From the NCBI RefSeq assembly GCF_009914755.1, contig NC_060943.1: a stretch of 64,000 nt of DNA; one strand, written 5' to 3'. Within the stretch, counting starts at the first letter, position 1; the number at the start of each line of letters is the position of its first letter. Below, one piece after another: positions 59,384-64,000 of the stretch. The stretch comes from the human T2T-CHM13v2.0 reference genome, Homo sapiens. The position numbers and the translations under genes are program-made. Under the pieces are notes generated by a model. That model saw only the letters and a list, made by a program, of their open reading frames with translations, made no database searches and had not been told where the DNA came from.

Positions 59384-59560
59384 GCAGTGTTTCTCAAACT
59401 TAGCCACCCACCAGAACTGCCTGGGGAACTTTGAAAGATACCCATGCTGAATCCCACCCACCAAGATTCTGATGTAATGCTATGGGGTGAGATCTGGACA
59501 TCAGGATGTTTGGAATCTCCCCAGGCTCATTTAACATGCAACCAAGAGTGAAGCCCACTG
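59384..59560. mobile_element. MER5-type hAT element
   Basis: CAGTGTTTCTCAAACT...GATTCTGAT...CCCACTG termini. Confidence 0.75.
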
Positions 59561-60224
59561 TCCTCAGCAATGTGCCCAGCCCGGCCTTCCTGGCATCCCC
59601 CCATGGGTACAGGATGACAGTTTCTCACTCTGACCCTTTCCTTTATTCAATACAGCACAGCACAATCCAACAGGGTGAGCACTGTTATGACAGAGAACCT
59701 CGAGTCATATCTGATTAAATGTCTTCAACAAAACCAGTGACAATCCTTGGCCATTCAACTATCAATTACTACTTTCAACCCAGGTTCTAAAGGCTCTTCA
59801 TTAGAAACATCTCGGGTTGATAATGACTGGGGCAAATGTGCCCTTTGGATTTGATTGCTACCATGATTATTAATTAACCGAATTGTAGAGATATCGAGTA
59901 CATTTCTCCCTCTTGTTTGTAAGAACCCATGAGAGACAAGGCCAATTGCAGACAATGAGGACGTCCTCATAATAGTGAGATGAACTGCCTAGGTATCTTC
60001 CGATATCCTTACTTCCCTCCAGTTTTGTTGCTTGCAAAACAACAGAATCTTCTCTCCATGAAATCATGGTTATCAGTTAGGAAGTAGCCCACTTGGTTCT
60101 GGATTTCGTTTAGAGATTTAAGATAGTAACAGAGGGTGCAGGATGACAAACAGAATTTGTACACTGTGTCTGGTAGTGGAAAATACCCAACAGTGTACTG
60201 TATGCTGACTCTGTCATTTCCTGC

Positions 60225-60286
60225 CTTCTCTCCTCCTTTCCTCCCTCCCTTGCTCCCTCCCTCTCTCCCTCCCTCCTTCCTTCCCT
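60225..60286. repeat. (CCCT/CCTT)n polypyrimidine repeat
   Basis: Seen directly. Confidence 0.9.
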
Positions 60287-62389
60287 CATGAAAGCATAGC
60301 TCGTTTGCCATTCTTTCCTCCAGTCACAAGCCATCTACTGATGCACATCACCATGCTCATGCCATTACCAGGGACTTTCTATCAGCATGAAGACATGAAA
60401 ATGCCTGGGGGAGAAAGGGTGTGGGGAGCAGGTAGCACCCCTGCAACTGCCCGGTAGCATTTATACATTGCTCTCCCACCTTGGTTTCTATCCATGGCTT
60501 TCCTCGTCAGAGCATGTTCACTTTAACCTCCTCTAGAGCAATTTCTTGGATCCTTCAAGGGCTCAAGAACTAAGCATAAGTTCAAAAGAAACTGAGTAGG
60601 CACCTACCTTCTGGAAACAACATCCATAGAAAAGACTTGATTGCTATGGTCTGATTTATGAACCTGTATCTCATATCAGGTTAGCATTTGCACTAGCATT
60701 AAGGTATTTTCATTGAGATCATTTATGTTTTGAAATAAATACTACAACATCAAGAAACTGTATCAGTTGGAGAATAGCAATGTGTATGATTTGTGTATAT
60801 AAATATGCACATCAAAGCACTTATTTATTTCAGAGAGTTGTATAACACCGTCAGAGTAAAAATTGAGTGATTCTCTTCTATTTCTGACCCTACTTCTAAT
60901 GTCTCCTCTGTCCCTCTGGGCAAAACCATTTAAACCTTTTATCTTGGTTTCCTTTGTGAGAAAATGGGGATAATAGATACCCCTGAGCCATTCTGGAGAC
61001 ATGTTTGGATGCCAGCCCAGTTATGTGAACATAGGAGAAAAAAGCTTTGAGCTTTTGGCACTAAGGTGCTACATAAATATTATTAGCAAGCTGCTGAGAT
61101 TTTATCTTTGGAAACTAACAAGCATTTCTCTTCTAAAGCCTCATATCTTTAGCCCCCGGACACATGTTCCTGATAGCTCTGTCTTTACAGAGATCCCCTT
61201 GGCTCCACAAGGATATAGATAGTGCTTTGCTGAGAGAGTCACTACCGCACACTCAGATGAAAGGTATTCATTCTGCTTGGCAGAGTCATCGGTAGAGTAG
61301 CTGCTGATCCCAGCAAGGCACGGTGGGTGATGGGAAGGGATTAGATTAGGAAGAAAAGGGAACCTCTCGTTCTCTCACTGAGAGGACTGTAAACCTGCAG
61401 AAGCACAACAGTGAGTGGACTACGTGTAAGTGCCAATGTGCAAAGTCGATAGTGCACACGTTACAGGTTGGCGAGAGATGATGCCACTCAGACCTGAGTG
61501 CACCGTGGAACTCTCTTGAATTCTCTCTGCAAATGGGTTGCCCCTGGATGTATAGAGTTATTCTACAGGAGTCCTGCTCCTAACTCATCAGAAACGTAAT
61601 GACCTCTGTTGATCTCAAAGGCATTTTCTTCTGTTAAAAGTATTGTCCATTCAGCAATATGGAGAAAGATCATTTGTGAAAATAAAATAGAAGTGTCTGA
61701 TGGTAGTGGGGGTGGGGGGTGTAATTTCCTCCCTATGTGAGTAGCATTAAGTTCACTCTTAATTTTTTTCTTCATTTCTGTAATTGGAGACTGATTTATC
61801 AAGAGGATATAGAATTCAGTGACTAATTCTATTAAATGTTTAAAGAATAAAATAAAAGTAGAATTCAAAAGGCTTACTCCTGATTAGTTTTCAAGATGTG
61901 TCTAGGCACAGGAAGTTAAAAATAATACCACAGTGAATGCTCTGACCCAGTGCTAACAAAAGCTTCCTTATTTTGGTGAGACTTGGCATAGAAAATCACA
62001 CATGTCATTCAGCGGTCCTGAAAAAGGATGACTGAGATTTGGACTGGTTTTCCAGGGAATAAAATTGAGTGACTTTTTAAAAAGTGCTACTCCTAGAATC
62101 TGGGATCTAATCAATCCAATATCAACTTCAAGGGAATAGGCCAACAACCAGAGATGAAACTAGAAGACAAATAATTAGAATAGCAAGCATAGGTTGGTTT
62201 TCCATGCTATGATTCTGCAGCAAATGTGGTAATTTGGGAATACTGATTTGGGGAATCTCTTGTCATGGGAATAAGTTGTGTTTTGTCAGCTTTGCTGAGT
62301 GTCTCTGGTGAGCTAAAAGTGATTAAAACAGAGTGCTGGCCCTGGTATGTAAGCTGTAATCTATACTCCATATCTACCACTAGCCATTT

Positions 62390-63148
62390 TGAAGGAGGAG
62401 AGTTCCCTGATCTACCTCACGGGATGTGCAACAGGCGTGTGGCTCACCCGCTTAGTTGCTCAAACCCCTGATGGGAGATGGAGCACACAGATGGGCAGGT
62501 GCAGGGGCTGGAGTGAGTGCTTTGGGCTCCAGCCTGGCAGTAGTGTCTGGAGGAGGGGTGGTGCCTGCAGCCCAAGTGTTACAATGCTCTTTTAGTCTTG
62601 CTCTCTGCAAATGGCTTAAGTGTTAACCAGCTCAATAGACCTTCTGCCATTTCACAAGGGTAGAGGGCCAGTGTGACAGCTTTCTGTATTCCCAGCCTTT
62701 GCCCAGTGTCCCAGAAGAATCGGGTCACACACACAGGCTTGAAGGATGAATGTGGGGTTTTACTGAATGGTGGAGGTGGCTCTCAGCAGGATGGATGGGG
62801 AGCTGGAAGGGGGAATGGAGTGAGAAGATGATCTTCCCCTGGAGTTTGGTCATCCAGCAGCCAATCTCCCCTCTGACCACCCCCAGTTTAACTCCTGGCA
62901 TTCACACATTCCTTCCCTTCTCTCTTTCTCTGCTGTGTCATCTGCCATTTGTCTGCTTGTCTCCTCATCTCCTCATCTGCTTCTGGAGCCTGGCGTTTGG
63001 GATTTATATGGGTACAGGATAGGGGGACATGTCAGGGAAGAAGGCAACTTTTCCCACTTAGGGCCATGGGTCTCCAGGCTTGAGTGTAGGGCCTTTGCTG
63101 GGGAACTACCTTCTTTACCCAGTATTTCCCTGTCTCCTGTCCATATCA
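62390..63148 (-). mobile_element. Solo LTR1-family LTR (HUERS-P2 type)
   Basis: Begins TGATATGGACAGGAGACAGGGAAATACTGG, ends CA; 4-bp TSD ATTT (62386-62389, 63149-63152). Confidence 0.82.
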
Positions 63149-63877
63149 ATTTCATGAATGTGTGGTCACAACATGAACCCAGAATTTGGAGGTTGGAAAG
63201 TAGGAGTGAATGCACTCAATCTACTAGGGTGCCAATTCATAGCATCTAATATGGTAATGATGAATTAGCAATAGAATCTTTTGGTAGGGGCAGACTTAGT
63301 GAATCTTCAAATGTGGCAGGATTTTAACATGAATCGAATACTATCTCTCAGTCAATACAATTACCTCCACCACTCCCCAGTTCCTAATTCAAGGGTTATA
63401 TTTTCAGTAACTTTATGTATTCAAAACTGTATTAGATGCTAGAAATACAAAGATGAGTAAGACATTATTAATCTCTGTCCATAAAAAGATGAAAACTAGT
63501 GTGGAAGACAGCCATAAAATTAGAGATTAATCTTATCTAGAAAATTCTAGAAACAGGATGAAGCACAACAGAGGAGTATTTTAGGCAACCTCAAGGCATT
63601 TAACCCAACCTGGAGCCTTTAGTTAGGTTAGAATATGGCCAGGAACAGGAAGTCAAGATTCAACAAATTGCAACACTGCAATAATAACTAACATCACTTT
63701 CTAATAGTGTTTATAGTGTTTTCTAATATGAAATCAAAATCTGTCTTTGGATAACTTTTACTCACTCCCTGGTCTTGTTTCTGTTCTCTGGGATGACACA
63801 GAATATATGGAATTCACTCTTACTCTGCTTAGTACTGAGAAAGCAAAAATTAAATAAGGCATTCAAAATTCTTGTCT

Positions 63878-64000
63878 GTATAGGGGCCAAGGGAAAGCTT
63901 CCCCTTCACCCTCTGAAGGTTTGCTGATAACCAACTGACAAAAGGAAGATTCACAGGAGAAAAAGCTTAAATATTTATTTGATCACAGTTGTATATGACA
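63878..64000 (-). mobile_element. MER4-group ERV1 LTR cut by the window edge
   Basis: AGGGGCCAAGGGAAAGCTTCCCCTTCACCCTCTGAAGGT terminus. Confidence 0.5.

Overview
This is primate (almost certainly human) genomic DNA from the CEA/PSG cluster, not prokaryotic sequence. It holds one intact gene on the minus strand, PSG2: leader 23129-23066, N 21821-21456, A1 16207-15929, B2 12529-12275 and C-terminal exon 7175-7132 give 1008 nt (335 aa + stop), followed by a 3'-UTR exon at about 5244-4780. PSG2 also carries dead B1 and A2 exons. Upstream lies a headless CEACAM-type pseudogene (A, B and GPI-signal exons plus PSG-type mini C-terminal exons, about 29.3-41 kb) and a third, orphan copy of only the 3' end of such a gene (about 49.0-52.6 kb). 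The rest is dense in repeats: Alu, L1, MIR, MaLR, MER5, Tigger4a, two LTR8-type LTRs, a MER65-like ERV hosting the 3' exons, a deleted HERV-K provirus nested in an Alu, solo LTR13 and LTR1 elements, and a truncated LTR9/HUERS-P3 provirus. I see no convincing wholly new biological system. The most interesting signals come from comparing the three paralogous units: how a GPI-anchor exon became a secreted tail, how ERV sequence supplied tails and poly(A) signals, and several templated-insertion rearrangements. Repeat family names come from my recall of consensus sequences and need RepeatMasker/Dfam confirmation. Repeat boundaries without a TSD are approximate.
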